64,000 bases of DNA from a virus. A program made the translations under genes and the position numbers. Below, one piece after another: positions 39,482 to 50,319 of this stretch (the stretch's first letter is position 1; every line of letters begins with the position of its first letter). Under the pieces are notes generated by a model. It worked only from the letters and a program-made list of their open reading frames with translations. It had not been told where the DNA came from and made no database searches. The stretch lies in IMG/VR virus record IMGVR_UViG_3300025769_015982, positions 1 through 64,000 of that record. One strand, written 5' to 3'.

Positions 39482-40794
39482 AGCCAACTTGTATAGTTAG
39501 TTGTCCAATAGATACCTTTAGTGGATATGGACATCGTTCACGTGATTTTGTTCGATCACTTATAGAAGCCAAAAGTAATGATTGGGATATTAAAATTATG
39601 CCTCAAAAATGGGGAAATACCCCATGGGGGTTTTTAGAAGAAACTGATCCTTTAAAACAGTATTATCTTACTCCTGGAGAACACCCCCAACCCGAGGTAT
39701 GGATGCAAATTACAATCCCTAATGAATTTCAAAAACAGGGAAAATACAATATAGGCATAACCGCTGGCATTGAATCTACATGCCCCCCTCCAGACTTTAT
39801 AGAAGGAATGAATAGAATGGATTTAAATTTAGTATCATCTAATTTTACTAAAAATACATTTCAATCCATTAATATTACCCAAAATGATAAGCAGGGGAAC
39901 CCGGTTAAAGAGGTAAAACTAGAAAAACCTATTGAAGTTTTACTTGAAGGTTTAGATACAGGAGTTTATTTTAAAGAACCTAATAAATCAGGACTATTAA
40001 ATAATATTGATGAAAGTTTTTGTTTTTTATTTACAGGCCACTGGTTACCTGGTAATTTTGGGGAAGATAGAAAAGATGTAGCTACCTTAATTAAAACATT
40101 CCTAAAAACATTTAACCAAAGAGGATCTAAACCAGCATTACTTTTAAAAACTAATAAAGTAGATTATAGTCTTTTGGATAAAGAAGAAATTCTTAAAAGT
40201 ATAAGGGAAATTAGAAATCAATTTGAATATAAAAATAATCTTCCTAATATTTACATTCTCCATGGCGAATTTACTAATGAAGAGTTAAATAAAATTAACA
40301 ATGACCCTAAAGTTAAAGCATTTGTTTCTTTTACTAAAGGTGAAGGTTTTGGTCGTCCATTACTTGAACAAGCAATTACGGGTAAACCTGTAATTACAAC
40401 TAACTGGAGTGGTCATACTGATTTTATTCGCCCTGAATATAATGTATTGCTTGGGGGCGAATTAAAAAATATTCATAAATCGGCTGCTAATAATTGGCTA
40501 TTAGAACAAGCCCAATGGTTTGATGTTAATGAAGAAATAGCTTCTAAAGCTATGAAAAATGTTTATAAAAATTATAAAAAGTATATTGAGCAAAGTAGAA
40601 AACAAACTAAATGGTTAAAAGAAAACTTTAGTCAAAATAAAATGACTGAAACATTAAAACAGTATATGGATAAAGTAGGTATAGTATCTAATGTTCCTTT
40701 ACAATTACCACAGTTAAAGAAATTAAATAGTTCTCCTACAAATACTGAACCCCCAAAACTTAAACTCCCTCAACTTAAAAAAATACCAGTATGA
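39478..40794 (+). CDS. glycosyltransferase, GT-B (GT4-like)
   Basis: SGYG; RKDV; EGFGRPLLE...PVITTNWSGH. Confidence 0.88.
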   Translation: MKPTCIVSCPIDTFSGYGHRSRDFVRSLIEAKSNDWDIKIMPQKWGNTPWGFLEETDPLKQYYLTPGEHPQPEVWMQITIPNEFQKQGKYNIGITAGIESTCPPPDFIEGMNRMDLNLVSSNFTKNTFQSINITQNDKQGNPVKEVKLEKPIEVLLEGLDTGVYFKEPNKSGLLNNIDESFCFLFTGHWLPGNFGEDRKDVATLIKTFLKTFNQRGSKPALLLKTNKVDYSLLDKEEILKSIREIRNQFEYKNNLPNIYILHGEFTNEELNKINNDPKVKAFVSFTKGEGFGRPLLEQAITGKPVITTNWSGHTDFIRPEYNVLLGGELKNIHKSAANNWLLEQAQWFDVNEEIASKAMKNVYKNYKKYIEQSRKQTKWLKENFSQNKMTETLKQYMDKVGIVSNVPLQLPQLKKLNSSPTNTEPPKLKLPQLKKIPV

Positions 40795-41246
40795 CAACAG
40801 AATTAATAAAATGTCCTTGTTGTAATTCAGATGCTTGTTCCGTAACCACGAATAATGATGTTAAAATTTACTTATGTTGGACGTGTGGGATGACTACAAC
40901 TAGTGAGTTAATTGATGGTAGTAATTTTGAAAAAGAAAATTATGAACACACTGCAGAATTAATTAAAGATTTAAAACAAGTACATGATAATTTAGCTTGG
41001 TACCCTAAAGTCATTAACTTACAAGAAAACGGAATGGTATTCCCTGAATGGAATAAACGAGTTAAAGATTGGTATTGGGCAGCTGTTAAAGCAATTCCTG
41101 TAACAGAGAAAGAAAAAGAAAAATACCCTGACCCTAATAATCCTGGTGAATTTTATAAATTTAAAACTGACATTAAAAATATAAAACGTTATGACAAGTT
41201 ATGTTTTATGGATGCCGCTGAAGAAATAGGAATGTTTGAACCATGA
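40791..41246 (+). CDS. hypothetical protein with N-terminal zinc finger
   Basis: CPCC...CWTCG. Confidence 0.55.
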   Translation: MTTELIKCPCCNSDACSVTTNNDVKIYLCWTCGMTTTSELIDGSNFEKENYEHTAELIKDLKQVHDNLAWYPKVINLQENGMVFPEWNKRVKDWYWAAVKAIPVTEKEKEKYPDPNNPGEFYKFKTDIKNIKRYDKLCFMDAAEEIGMFEP

Positions 41247-41860
41247 AAATAAGTTACGCAATACCGGTCCACAATGAGTATAAAGAAATAGATAGATTAC
41301 TTGAACATCTTCTTAAATATAAAAGAAAAGAAGACGAAATCGTAGTACAATGTGATCAAGGCAATACTACAGGAAATGTATATAAAGTATTAAATAAATA
41401 CGAAAAGCAAATTCATATAATTGAATTTCCCCTAAATAGAGATTTTGCAAATTTTAAAAATAATCTAAAAAATAATTGTGAAGGAGATTGGATTTTTCAA
41501 ATTGATGCTGATGAAATACCTGATGAATATTTAATTTCTACTTTACATGCTATTTTAAAAGAAAACCCAACTACTGAAGTATTTTGGGTTCCTAGGATTA
41601 ATACAGTACATGGTATAACAAAAGAACATATCCAAAAATGGAGGTGGATTGTAGACCACGATGGAAGAGTTAATTTTCCTGATTACCAATGTAGAATCCT
41701 CCAAAATACTCCTAAGATACAATGGGTTAGTAAAGTCCATGAAGTATTACATGGACATAGTAGCCAAACTAAGTTACCCCAAAACGATGAATTTTGTCTT
41801 ATTCATCCTAAATCTATTGAAAGGCAAGAACACCAGAATAAACTATATAGTGCAATATGA
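41243..41860 (+). CDS. glycosyltransferase, GT2
   Basis: ISYAIPVHNE; WIFQIDADE; PDYQCR; VHE. Confidence 0.88.
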   Translation: MKISYAIPVHNEYKEIDRLLEHLLKYKRKEDEIVVQCDQGNTTGNVYKVLNKYEKQIHIIEFPLNRDFANFKNNLKNNCEGDWIFQIDADEIPDEYLISTLHAILKENPTTEVFWVPRINTVHGITKEHIQKWRWIVDHDGRVNFPDYQCRILQNTPKIQWVSKVHEVLHGHSSQTKLPQNDEFCLIHPKSIERQEHQNKLYSAI

Positions 41861-42726
41861 TTTTTTGGAGAATATTTAACAATACTTTATACCCCGTAAA
41901 AGAAGTAGAAAAGTTAGGATTTGAAAAATCTGAAGGATTAAGAATCCCTGATGAATATTTAGAATCTCGTAATTTTACTGTTTTAAGGACTATAAAAGGT
42001 ATAGGTGATTGGGGTATTATTTCTGCTATGCCTCGACTGTTAAAAACTAAATATCCTGATTGTAAAGTATTTATACCTTCTAATAAACTTTTTAAAAAAT
42101 TATTTGATATAGATACTAATATAATGTATGATATTTTTTCAAATAATCCCTACGTAGATGGATTTTCGGATGAAATACAAGGAGAAATATTTCATGATCA
42201 TTACCGAATATATGATAATGATAACCCTAATATTCCCTTATTAGAACAAATGTTAAAATTTTGGCAATTTGAGGAACATGAATATCAAGATTCACAACCT
42301 GAACTTTATTGGTCGGACGAAGAAAAACAGTTAGGAGATGCTATTATTGAAAAGTACACAAAGAATCAAGAATTTGGTGCATTACTTATATCGGAAAGAT
42401 TTGGCACACAATTTGGAAAATACGATGAAGTTAGTTATATTAATGATTATAAAAAAATAAATAATTTATTAGACAAATTTCAATTACCCTATTTTTATTG
42501 GACTTACAAACCTTTAGCATCATTTAATTTTAACACTGTAGATCCTATTTTAGATATGCACAATATGGATTTAAGACTACAATTATACATTAAATCTAAA
42601 GCCAAAGTAAATATTAGTAACCAATGTGGTACAAACCATTGTGTAGTTAGATATTCAGACGTTTATGAGGTTAAAAGACAATCTATACTAGGATTAAATT
42701 TTGTAAAAGGAGAAAATTACATATGA
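41857..42726 (+). CDS. GT9 (heptosyltransferase)-like glycosyltransferase
   Basis: GIGDWGIISAMPRLLKTKYPD and FSNNPYVD motifs. Confidence 0.6.
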   Translation: MIFWRIFNNTLYPVKEVEKLGFEKSEGLRIPDEYLESRNFTVLRTIKGIGDWGIISAMPRLLKTKYPDCKVFIPSNKLFKKLFDIDTNIMYDIFSNNPYVDGFSDEIQGEIFHDHYRIYDNDNPNIPLLEQMLKFWQFEEHEYQDSQPELYWSDEEKQLGDAIIEKYTKNQEFGALLISERFGTQFGKYDEVSYINDYKKINNLLDKFQLPYFYWTYKPLASFNFNTVDPILDMHNMDLRLQLYIKSKAKVNISNQCGTNHCVVRYSDVYEVKRQSILGLNFVKGENYI

Positions 42727-43439
42727 ACAAAAAAGTAATATACACATCTATATTCGGTAATTATGATACGTTACCTGATATAACCTATTACCCCCCAGGT
42801 TTTGATTTTATATGCTTTACGGATTCTGATATACAAGCATTAGGGTGGAAGGTAATTAAAGTTCTTCCTCTATATAATGATAATACAAGGAATGCTAAGA
42901 AATATAAGATATTACCTCATAGATATTTAAAAGATTATGAAATAAGTATTTATATTGACGGTAATTTTTCTGTTACTAAGGATATTAATAAATTAATTGA
43001 TTTATATTTAATAGATGCAAATGCCGCTTTTCATAATCACTCTAAAACTGCATTAGATCCTCGAAATTGTATATATCAGGAAGCTAATATTATACTATCA
43101 TTTGGTAAAAGAAATATGCAACTTTGGCCTGAAAGAGGTATGTTAAACTATAAAGATAACCCTGAAACTATAATAAAACAGGTCCAAAAATATCAAAGTG
43201 AAGGATATCCTCAAAATAATGGTTTAATAAAAGGTGGTATTATTTTACGTAGACATAATGAAAAGGAATGTATAACTGCAATGGAAAATTGGTGGTCCGA
43301 AATAAAATATCATAGTAAACGAGATCAATTAAGTTTTAATTATGTTGCATGGAAAACTAATTTTAAATTTAATTATATGCCCCACGACATCCGCAATAGC
43401 GAATATTTTTCATATAATAAACATAACCACCAAAAATGA
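42723..43439 (+). CDS. DUF616 (TOD1/MUCI70-like) glycosyltransferase
   Basis: [10 protein letters not shown]; KILPH; YIDGN; RNCIYQE; RDQLSFNY. Confidence 0.8.
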   Translation: MNKKVIYTSIFGNYDTLPDITYYPPGFDFICFTDSDIQALGWKVIKVLPLYNDNTRNAKKYKILPHRYLKDYEISIYIDGNFSVTKDINKLIDLYLIDANAAFHNHSKTALDPRNCIYQEANIILSFGKRNMQLWPERGMLNYKDNPETIIKQVQKYQSEGYPQNNGLIKGGIILRRHNEKECITAMENWWSEIKYHSKRDQLSFNYVAWKTNFKFNYMPHDIRNSEYFSYNKHNHQK

Positions 43440-44179
43440 TCGAATTAGATAAAATAGTAAAATGGGCTAAAAATAATAATTTAGTTTATAAATTAAATCC
43501 TAATTATTCTTCTTCTCACTTAATAAAATCACCTTGGAATATTAAAGAATCAACTTCTTATAATATTTCATTTATAACCCAAGGATGGGTAAGTAATAAT
43601 GCTGGAGTTGTATTTGCCTCAGAAACCCCTGAACATATTGACTCATTATTAGTTATAATCACAACCAGCCCAAAATACCATTTTATAAAGTGCATCAATG
43701 AATTTTTTAAACCTAATAAATGTGTAGTAACTAAAGGTAAGAATGTTCAAATAGGTCAAAATTGTTCTATAGGGAACGATGGTTTTCAGTATGTGCATGG
43801 ACCTAAAGGTGATATAGTAAAATTCCCTCACTTTGGAAACATTATTATAGAAGATAATGTAGAAATTGCTAATAATGTATGCATTGATAGGGGTGCTTTA
43901 AGTAATACTATAATCCGTAAAGGAGTAAAAATAGATAATTTAGTACACATTGCACACAATGTAGAAATAGGAGAAAACACTATGGTAGTAGCATTAGCCA
44001 TGATTGCGGGAAGTGTTAAAATTGGAAAAAATTGTTGGATTTCTCCTTCTAGTAGCATTAGAGAACAGCTTACTATTGGGGATAATGTTTTAATAGGATT
44101 AGGGGCAGTTGTAATAAAAGATGTTGAATCAAATTCTGTTATGGTAGGTAATCCTGCCAAGCTATTAAGAAAACAATAA
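43436..44179 (+). CDS. hexapeptide-repeat acyltransferase (LpxD-like)
   Basis: IGNDGF; IEDNVEI; IDRG; [12 protein letters not shown]; GNPAK. Confidence 0.85.
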   Translation: MIELDKIVKWAKNNNLVYKLNPNYSSSHLIKSPWNIKESTSYNISFITQGWVSNNAGVVFASETPEHIDSLLVIITTSPKYHFIKCINEFFKPNKCVVTKGKNVQIGQNCSIGNDGFQYVHGPKGDIVKFPHFGNIIIEDNVEIANNVCIDRGALSNTIIRKGVKIDNLVHIAHNVEIGENTMVVALAMIAGSVKIGKNCWISPSSSIREQLTIGDNVLIGLGAVVIKDVESNSVMVGNPAKLLRKQ

Positions 44180-44187
44180 TATAAAAG

Positions 44188-44991
44188 ATGGAAAATATAG
44201 TTTTTATACCTTATATAAAAAGAAATAAATCATTAGGAAATTCTGGTGTAGCTAAACCCCGGTGGGATACTGGATATGATTATGGGATAGATTCATGGAA
44301 AAAATGGTCTAACAAAAATAATTGTAAACTTATAATTATGGACGAATTAATGCTCCCCGAAGAGGAAATGTTAATTACGTGGCAAAGGTGGAATGTTTTA
44401 AACATATTAGAGCATAACAATGTTGATTATAATCAGGTTTTAGTAGTAGATGCTGACAGTATTGTACATCCAGATTGTCCCAATTTTTTTGAATTAACTG
44501 ATAATAAGTTTACTTCTCAAATTACTGACGGGTGTTATGAATGGGTTAACAGAGCTATCCGAGGTTACTCACAAACATTTTTTAATAAAAAAAATTGTCT
44601 TAAACCTTATGAATTTTTCCAAACAGGTTTTGTTATTTGTAATAAAACCCATAAGGAATTTTTTGATAAAGTATTTAAATTTTATTGGGAAAATAAGAAT
44701 AACATAATTAAATCATATGATACTTTAAAAACAGGTAGTGATATAGCTCTTTTAAATTGCCTTAGAAAGGAGTATAATATTGAACTAAATATTTTGCCTA
44801 GAGAGTATAGCATTATGGATGTAACTAGGAAAAATTTATTATATTATGATAATAGACAATGGTGGGAAGATAGTTTAGAAAATTTAATAAATTCTGGTTG
44901 GATATACCAGTTTACTTCTATACCCGAAAATTCTTTAAATAGAGACCGAAAATATTGGATGGAAAGAATACATAAAGAACTAAGTATATGA
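44188..44991 (+). CDS. GT-A fold glycosyltransferase (GT8/GT34-like)
   Basis: YNQVLVVDADSIVHPDCPNFF; FQTGFVI; D..LLN. Confidence 0.65.
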   Translation: MENIVFIPYIKRNKSLGNSGVAKPRWDTGYDYGIDSWKKWSNKNNCKLIIMDELMLPEEEMLITWQRWNVLNILEHNNVDYNQVLVVDADSIVHPDCPNFFELTDNKFTSQITDGCYEWVNRAIRGYSQTFFNKKNCLKPYEFFQTGFVICNKTHKEFFDKVFKFYWENKNNIIKSYDTLKTGSDIALLNCLRKEYNIELNILPREYSIMDVTRKNLLYYDNRQWWEDSLENLINSGWIYQFTSIPENSLNRDRKYWMERIHKELSI

Positions 44992-45413
44992 AAAAGATTA
45001 TAGGTTTTACTAGTGGATATTTTGATATCATGCACCCAGGACATGTTATGATGCTACAAGAATGTAAAAGATATTGTGACTACTTAATAGTAGCTGTAAA
45101 TGAATATAAAAATAAAACCCCCCAACCTGATGGGAGATTTAAAAACGAACCCATATGGAATCCTAATGAGAGATTATTGATGGTTTCATCTTGTAAATAT
45201 GTGGATGAAGCTTTTTTGTATGATGGAGAACAGGAGTTATATAATTATTTAAAACATAATTTAGAAAGATTAGATGTTAGAATGGTAGGAGAAGACCATA
45301 AAGGTAAACCTTTTACTGGTAATGATCTAGATTTACCTATTATATTCAATAGTAGAAACCATAATTACAGTACTACTAACACTATTAAATTAATAATAGA
45401 AAAAAGAAAGTAA
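44988..45413 (+). CDS. cytidylyltransferase (TagD/RfaE-like)
   Basis: GYFDIMHPGH; R..MVSSCKYVDE; GEDH; R.HNYSTT. Confidence 0.88.
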   Translation: MKKIIGFTSGYFDIMHPGHVMMLQECKRYCDYLIVAVNEYKNKTPQPDGRFKNEPIWNPNERLLMVSSCKYVDEAFLYDGEQELYNYLKHNLERLDVRMVGEDHKGKPFTGNDLDLPIIFNSRNHNYSTTNTIKLIIEKRK

Positions 45414-46159
45414 TGAAAATTGAATTTATATTTTCGGAATTTGGGCCAAGAACCCAAGCCAATCAACAATGGGTTAATTCCATCCCCAGGTTAGATCCTA
45501 CATATAGTTCTGTAAAAACTTACTTCCCCGAAGCTAACTTAGTTCTATATACAGATAGACCAGAAATTAAAAACGATTATAAAGATATTGAAGTAAGATT
45601 AATTGACGTAGATAAAAGTCCTTTTAATAAAAAAAATCACAGATGGGGATGGCATTGTTGTGACTATTACCAAGTACTAGGATTATTAAATTCAAAAGCA
45701 GATATAGCAATTTCTTGTGATTCTGATCTAATGTTTATCTCTGATCAAGTAAAAACGTTAATCCCTATAATTGAAAAATTTGGAATATGTGTACCTACAA
45801 ATGAAAGACAACTAGTTAAAGTTGATGGCATACATACTAGGGGAAATGATGGAGATTATTACCTTGATGAAGATCAAAGTATGGGTAATCTATTAACATA
45901 TGACTTATGGTGGGCTGGATTTAATACTAAAGATAACCGAGCTAGAAAGTATTTAGAAGAATTTTGTAATCTTATGAAAACCAACCCTAAAAGAGCCCCA
46001 TTACAAATGACTCGAGCTGCATGGAATACAGGTATTTATCCATATTCAACCCCCCAACAGTGGGGTGTGGGTTCGGGTTATATTGGTTGTGGTAATGAAA
46101 TTATATTACATGTAGGTCATAAAAATGTACAAGATTTTTATTTAGAAAAAAGTATATGA
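45413..46159 (+). CDS. putative GT-A fold glycosyltransferase
   Basis: LYTD and DSD (DxD) motif; glycan cluster context. Confidence 0.45.
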   Translation: MKIEFIFSEFGPRTQANQQWVNSIPRLDPTYSSVKTYFPEANLVLYTDRPEIKNDYKDIEVRLIDVDKSPFNKKNHRWGWHCCDYYQVLGLLNSKADIAISCDSDLMFISDQVKTLIPIIEKFGICVPTNERQLVKVDGIHTRGNDGDYYLDEDQSMGNLLTYDLWWAGFNTKDNRARKYLEEFCNLMKTNPKRAPLQMTRAAWNTGIYPYSTPQQWGVGSGYIGCGNEIILHVGHKNVQDFYLEKSI

Positions 46160-47508
46160 TTAAATTAATTATTTTTGACCTAGATGGTGTTTTAGTTGAA
46201 GCTAAACAAATCCATTATGATGCTTTAAATCAAGCTTTAGGGGAAAAATATGCTATAAGTTGGGATGAACATTTATCCACCTATGATGGTTTAAAAACTA
46301 ACCAAAAATTGGATATGCTTACACAACATAAAGGACTTCCTATAAGAGAACATTCTAGTATTTGGGCTAAAAAACAACAATTAACTTTAAAAGCCCTTAG
46401 TAATCTACAACCTAATTCTACTATTAAAAATACCCTTAGTAAATTAAGTAAAGAAGGGTATAAAATAGCGTGTTGTAGTAATTCTATTAGAAAAAGTGTA
46501 TTAACTATGTTATCTAAATTAGATTTAATTGAGTATATGGATTTAATTTTATCTAATGAAGATGTTAAAAATAGTAAACCCCATCCTGAAATATATTGGA
46601 AAGCTATTTCTATGATGAAATGTTTACCAGAAGAAGTTTTAATTATAGAAGATTCTCCCTATGGCCTTTTAGCGGCTAATAGGAGCAAAAGCAATATTAT
46701 GAGAGTTGGTTCCCCTTCAGATGTTACATACAATAACATTAGCAAATATTTAAAATCTAATAAAATGAACTTAACCCCTAAATGGAAAAATGACAAATTA
46801 AATGTTCTTATCCCTATGGCGGGTGCTGGGAGTAGATTTGAAGCCGCGGGTTATACTTTCCCTAAACCCTTAATTGAGGTTAAGAAAAAACCCATGATTC
46901 AGGTTGTAATAGAAAACCTTAATATAGATGCTAACTATATTTATGTTGTCCAAAAATCACATAGAGAAAAATATAATTTAGATACTCTTCTAGGATTACT
47001 AACCCCTGGATGTAAAATAGTAGAAGTAGATAGAATTACTGAAGGAGCAGCCTGCACAGCTTTATTAGCTAAGGAATATATTGATAATAATAATCCTTTA
47101 TTTTTTGCTAACTCAGATCAATTTGTAGAATGGGATTCAAATGAGTTTATGTATAAAATGCAAGAAACAAATGCTGATGGGGGTATTGTAACATTTAATG
47201 CTACCCACCCAAAATGGAGCTTTGCCAAAGTAAACGAACAGGGATTAGTTACTGAAGTAGCAGAAAAAAACCCCATCTCAGATATTGCTACTGTAGGATA
47301 TTACTATTGGAAAAAAGGCTCTGATTTTGTAAAGTACGCAGAAGATATGATTAAGAAAGACATTAGAGTAAATAATGAATTCTATGTTTGCCCCGTATTT
47401 AATCAAGCTATAGATAATGGATCACATATTAGAACATTTAATGTTAGTGGAATGTGGGGTTTAGGTACTCCTGAAGATTTAAATTATTTTCTAGAAAATT
47501 ATAAATGA
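46156..47508 (+). CDS. HAD phosphatase fused to sugar-phosphate nucleotidyltransferase
   Basis: N-terminal FDLDGVL, KPHPEIY and IEDS; C-terminal IPMAGAGSRF..PKPLI, NSDQ and GLGTPEDL. Confidence 0.88.
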   Translation: MIKLIIFDLDGVLVEAKQIHYDALNQALGEKYAISWDEHLSTYDGLKTNQKLDMLTQHKGLPIREHSSIWAKKQQLTLKALSNLQPNSTIKNTLSKLSKEGYKIACCSNSIRKSVLTMLSKLDLIEYMDLILSNEDVKNSKPHPEIYWKAISMMKCLPEEVLIIEDSPYGLLAANRSKSNIMRVGSPSDVTYNNISKYLKSNKMNLTPKWKNDKLNVLIPMAGAGSRFEAAGYTFPKPLIEVKKKPMIQVVIENLNIDANYIYVVQKSHREKYNLDTLLGLLTPGCKIVEVDRITEGAACTALLAKEYIDNNNPLFFANSDQFVEWDSNEFMYKMQETNADGGIVTFNATHPKWSFAKVNEQGLVTEVAEKNPISDIATVGYYYWKKGSDFVKYAEDMIKKDIRVNNEFYVCPVFNQAIDNGSHIRTFNVSGMWGLGTPEDLNYFLENYK

Positions 47509-47954
47509 AACTAATTTCACATAGAGGTAATACGACAGGCCCCAATCCCCAACAAGAAAATCACCCTAATTATATTATAAACACTTTACATCAGGGGTAT
47601 GATGTTGAAATAGATGTATGGTATAGTAAAAATAAGTTTATGCTAGGACATGATAACCCCCAATATAAATTTCCTTTTAACCTATTATTAAACTTTTATA
47701 CAAAATTATGGATACATTGTAAAAATATTGAAGCCTTAATTAAATTTAAAAATACAGATACTTTATCGAATCGATTAAATTATTTTTGGCACGAAAAAGA
47801 TACAGTTACTTTAACGAGTAAAAATTACATATGGGCATATCCCGGAAACCAACCTATAACTAATAGTATAGCAGTTATGCCTGAAATAAATAATGATAAC
47901 ACATCTCAATGCATAGGAATATGTAGTGATTATATAAAAAATTATAAAAAATGA
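47505..47954 (+). CDS. glycerophosphodiester phosphodiesterase-like protein
   Basis: ISHRG..EN; DVEIDV; LGHD; WIHCKN; GICSD. Confidence 0.75.
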   Translation: MKLISHRGNTTGPNPQQENHPNYIINTLHQGYDVEIDVWYSKNKFMLGHDNPQYKFPFNLLLNFYTKLWIHCKNIEALIKFKNTDTLSNRLNYFWHEKDTVTLTSKNYIWAYPGNQPITNSIAVMPEINNDNTSQCIGICSDYIKNYKK

Positions 47955-48688
47955 AAATAGCATTATGCATCTCTGGACAACCCCGGAATACAAATAGAGG
48001 TATCCCTAATATATTAAAACATTTAAACTTTGATTTTGATGTATTTCAACATGCTTGGTGGGATAGTAATTCTTCTGAAGAACTTTTTACAAAATCTAAT
48101 GCTGCTAAGTTAAACGATATTGTAAGCGAACCTGTACATAACGATTGGATTACTTCAATGTACCAAAATTTTAATATTAAAAAGTTATTTCTAGAAACTC
48201 AGGTCCCTTTTAAAGTATCTAATTTATTAGAAGAAAGAAAAGCTTATTTCGCTAACGCTTTTAATATATATAGTAGTTTATATAGTATCTATATGTGTAA
48301 TAAGTTAAAAAAAGAATATGAAAAACAAAATAATTTTAAGTATGACCTGGTAATAAGAACCCGATTAGATTTTGGGTTTAGTGAAATCTTAGATGTACAA
48401 AAATACAATGATGGTCTAATACACGTGCCCAATGATTTTGGTTCCCATCGTTATGGTTTTAATGACCAATTTGCTATTGGCCCTAGTTCTAAAATGGATA
48501 TATATGCAGATGCTTTTAATAATGTAGAAACCATCCTAAATTCAGGATATAATGATCCAATGGGTCATGAACAAATAATTCAAAAACATTTAGAAAATAA
48601 TAATATAGAATTTATTTCAGAGGATTTTAAAAACTTTTTATGGAGACATGAAGGTAGTAGATCCCGTATTCATTCTATAGAAGGATAA
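47951..48688 (+). CDS. putative glycosyltransferase-like protein
   Basis: KIALCISGQPR; YDLVIRTRLD; NDQFAIG. Confidence 0.55.
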   Translation: MKIALCISGQPRNTNRGIPNILKHLNFDFDVFQHAWWDSNSSEELFTKSNAAKLNDIVSEPVHNDWITSMYQNFNIKKLFLETQVPFKVSNLLEERKAYFANAFNIYSSLYSIYMCNKLKKEYEKQNNFKYDLVIRTRLDFGFSEILDVQKYNDGLIHVPNDFGSHRYGFNDQFAIGPSSKMDIYADAFNNVETILNSGYNDPMGHEQIIQKHLENNNIEFISEDFKNFLWRHEGSRSRIHSIEG

Positions 48689-48696
48689 TAAAAATA

Positions 48697-50319
48697 ATGA
48701 AAATAATAGGATTACACGGAGGACATGACGCGGCCTATGCTATTTTAGAAAATGGTATACCCGTAAAACACAATGAATTAGAAAGATTTAATAGAGAAAA
48801 AGGATGTAGGGGAGATACACTTAAACTTTTTCTAGACAATGAACTTACAGAAAACATATCTTATATTACTACTAATAGCACAGGTAAGTGGAAACAGTAT
48901 TTTAATTATACCCAACAAGGTTTTTTAGATAAATTTCCTTCTTCTAAATTATATATTGCTAATCACCATCAATCACATGCTGCTAACGCTTTTTTTACTA
49001 GCCCTTTTGAAGAAGCCTTAGTAGTAACTATAGATGGGGGAGGAGCAGATTATGAAAATGGAAAAGAAAACACATGGGGGGATTTAGATACTTATTTAGG
49101 TCCTGGGGGTATTATAACAGCTACTACCTTTTGGAGTGGAAAAGGAAATAAAATAACTCCAATAAATATGATTAGTAAAGGAGAGCTTAATATAGGGTTA
49201 TATTGGGATATATGTACCTATAATATATTTGGCCTTAATAGAAATCCAGTTAAAAGAGGAGAAGAAGGGACAGTTATGGGGATGGCGGCCTTTGGAAATC
49301 CTGATAAATATTTAAAATATTTTAAAAATTTAGGAAATGCCCGACTTGCTAAGGATTGGGGTCCCTATGAAATAGATTTCCTAAAAGCAGAAGCATTAAA
49401 GAGTGAACAAAATAAATTTGACATAGCAGCCTCATTACAAAAAGAAACAGAAACTGTTATAAAGAATTTACTAGATCCATATGTAAAAAAATATAACCCT
49501 AAAAATATATGTCTTTCAGGTGGAGTTAGTTTAAATTGTGTTATGACAGGAAAAATGTTAGAGTGGTATCCTGACATTGAAATATTTTGTGACCCGGTTC
49601 CCCATGATGCTGGTTTAACTCTAGGTTCTTGTAGATATGTCTGGCATCAATTACTTAATAATCCTAGAGTATATAATAACCCTAGAAACCATAGTCCCTA
49701 TTTAGGGAAAATCTATGATAAAAAAGATGTTTTATCTTCTATAAATAAAGTCTTAGATAAAATAGAGTACAAAGAAGTTAATGATGATTATGTAGTAAAT
49801 TTACTCACAGAAAATGATAATGTTATTTCTTTATTTGGGGGAGGGTCTGAATCAGGTAGAAGAGCTTTAGGAAATAGGAGTATAGTTGCGGATCCTAGAA
49901 GCCCTAATATGAAAGATATTATTAATAAAAAAGTAAAACACAGACAATGGTTTAGACCGTTTGCCCCCTCAATTTTAGAAGAAGAAACTAAAAATTGGTT
50001 TACCCACGATGTCAAAAGCCCCTATATGAGTTTTGCTATACCATTTAAACAAGAAAAACTATCTCAAGTCCCCGCAGTAGTTCATAATGATGGCACCGCC
50101 AGACTACAAACAGTATCTGAACGTGATAATAAGTGGTATCATAGCTTTATTAAAAAATTCCAAACTAAAACAGGAATCCCTATTATATTAAATACTAGTT
50201 TTAACGATAGAGAACCTATTGTAGAAACCCCGGAACACGCTATTAATTGTTTTTTAAGAACAGACATAGACTACCTATATTTTAGGGATTGTAATATATT
50301 ATTAAATAAAAAACAATGA
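48697..50319 (+). CDS. O-carbamoyltransferase (NodU/CmcH family), copy 1
   Basis: HDAA; ERFNREK; HHQSHAA; IDGGG; SGGVSLNC; RALGNRS; RPFAP; LNTSFN. Confidence 0.92.
   Translation: MKIIGLHGGHDAAYAILENGIPVKHNELERFNREKGCRGDTLKLFLDNELTENISYITTNSTGKWKQYFNYTQQGFLDKFPSSKLYIANHHQSHAANAFFTSPFEEALVVTIDGGGADYENGKENTWGDLDTYLGPGGIITATTFWSGKGNKITPINMISKGELNIGLYWDICTYNIFGLNRNPVKRGEEGTVMGMAAFGNPDKYLKYFKNLGNARLAKDWGPYEIDFLKAEALKSEQNKFDIAASLQKETETVIKNLLDPYVKKYNPKNICLSGGVSLNCVMTGKMLEWYPDIEIFCDPVPHDAGLTLGSCRYVWHQLLNNPRVYNNPRNHSPYLGKIYDKKDVLSSINKVLDKIEYKEVNDDYVVNLLTENDNVISLFGGGSESGRRALGNRSIVADPRSPNMKDIINKKVKHRQWFRPFAPSILEEETKNWFTHDVKSPYMSFAIPFKQEKLSQVPAVVHNDGTARLQTVSERDNKWYHSFIKKFQTKTGIPIILNTSFNDREPIVETPEHAINCFLRTDIDYLYFRDCNILLNKKQ

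Noticed and set aside
43436-44179. True lipid A biosynthesis gene lpxD
   Set aside because: The protein is shorter than LpxD, lacks its C-terminal helical domain, and no other lpx genes are present. It is more likely a sugar N/O-acyltransferase.
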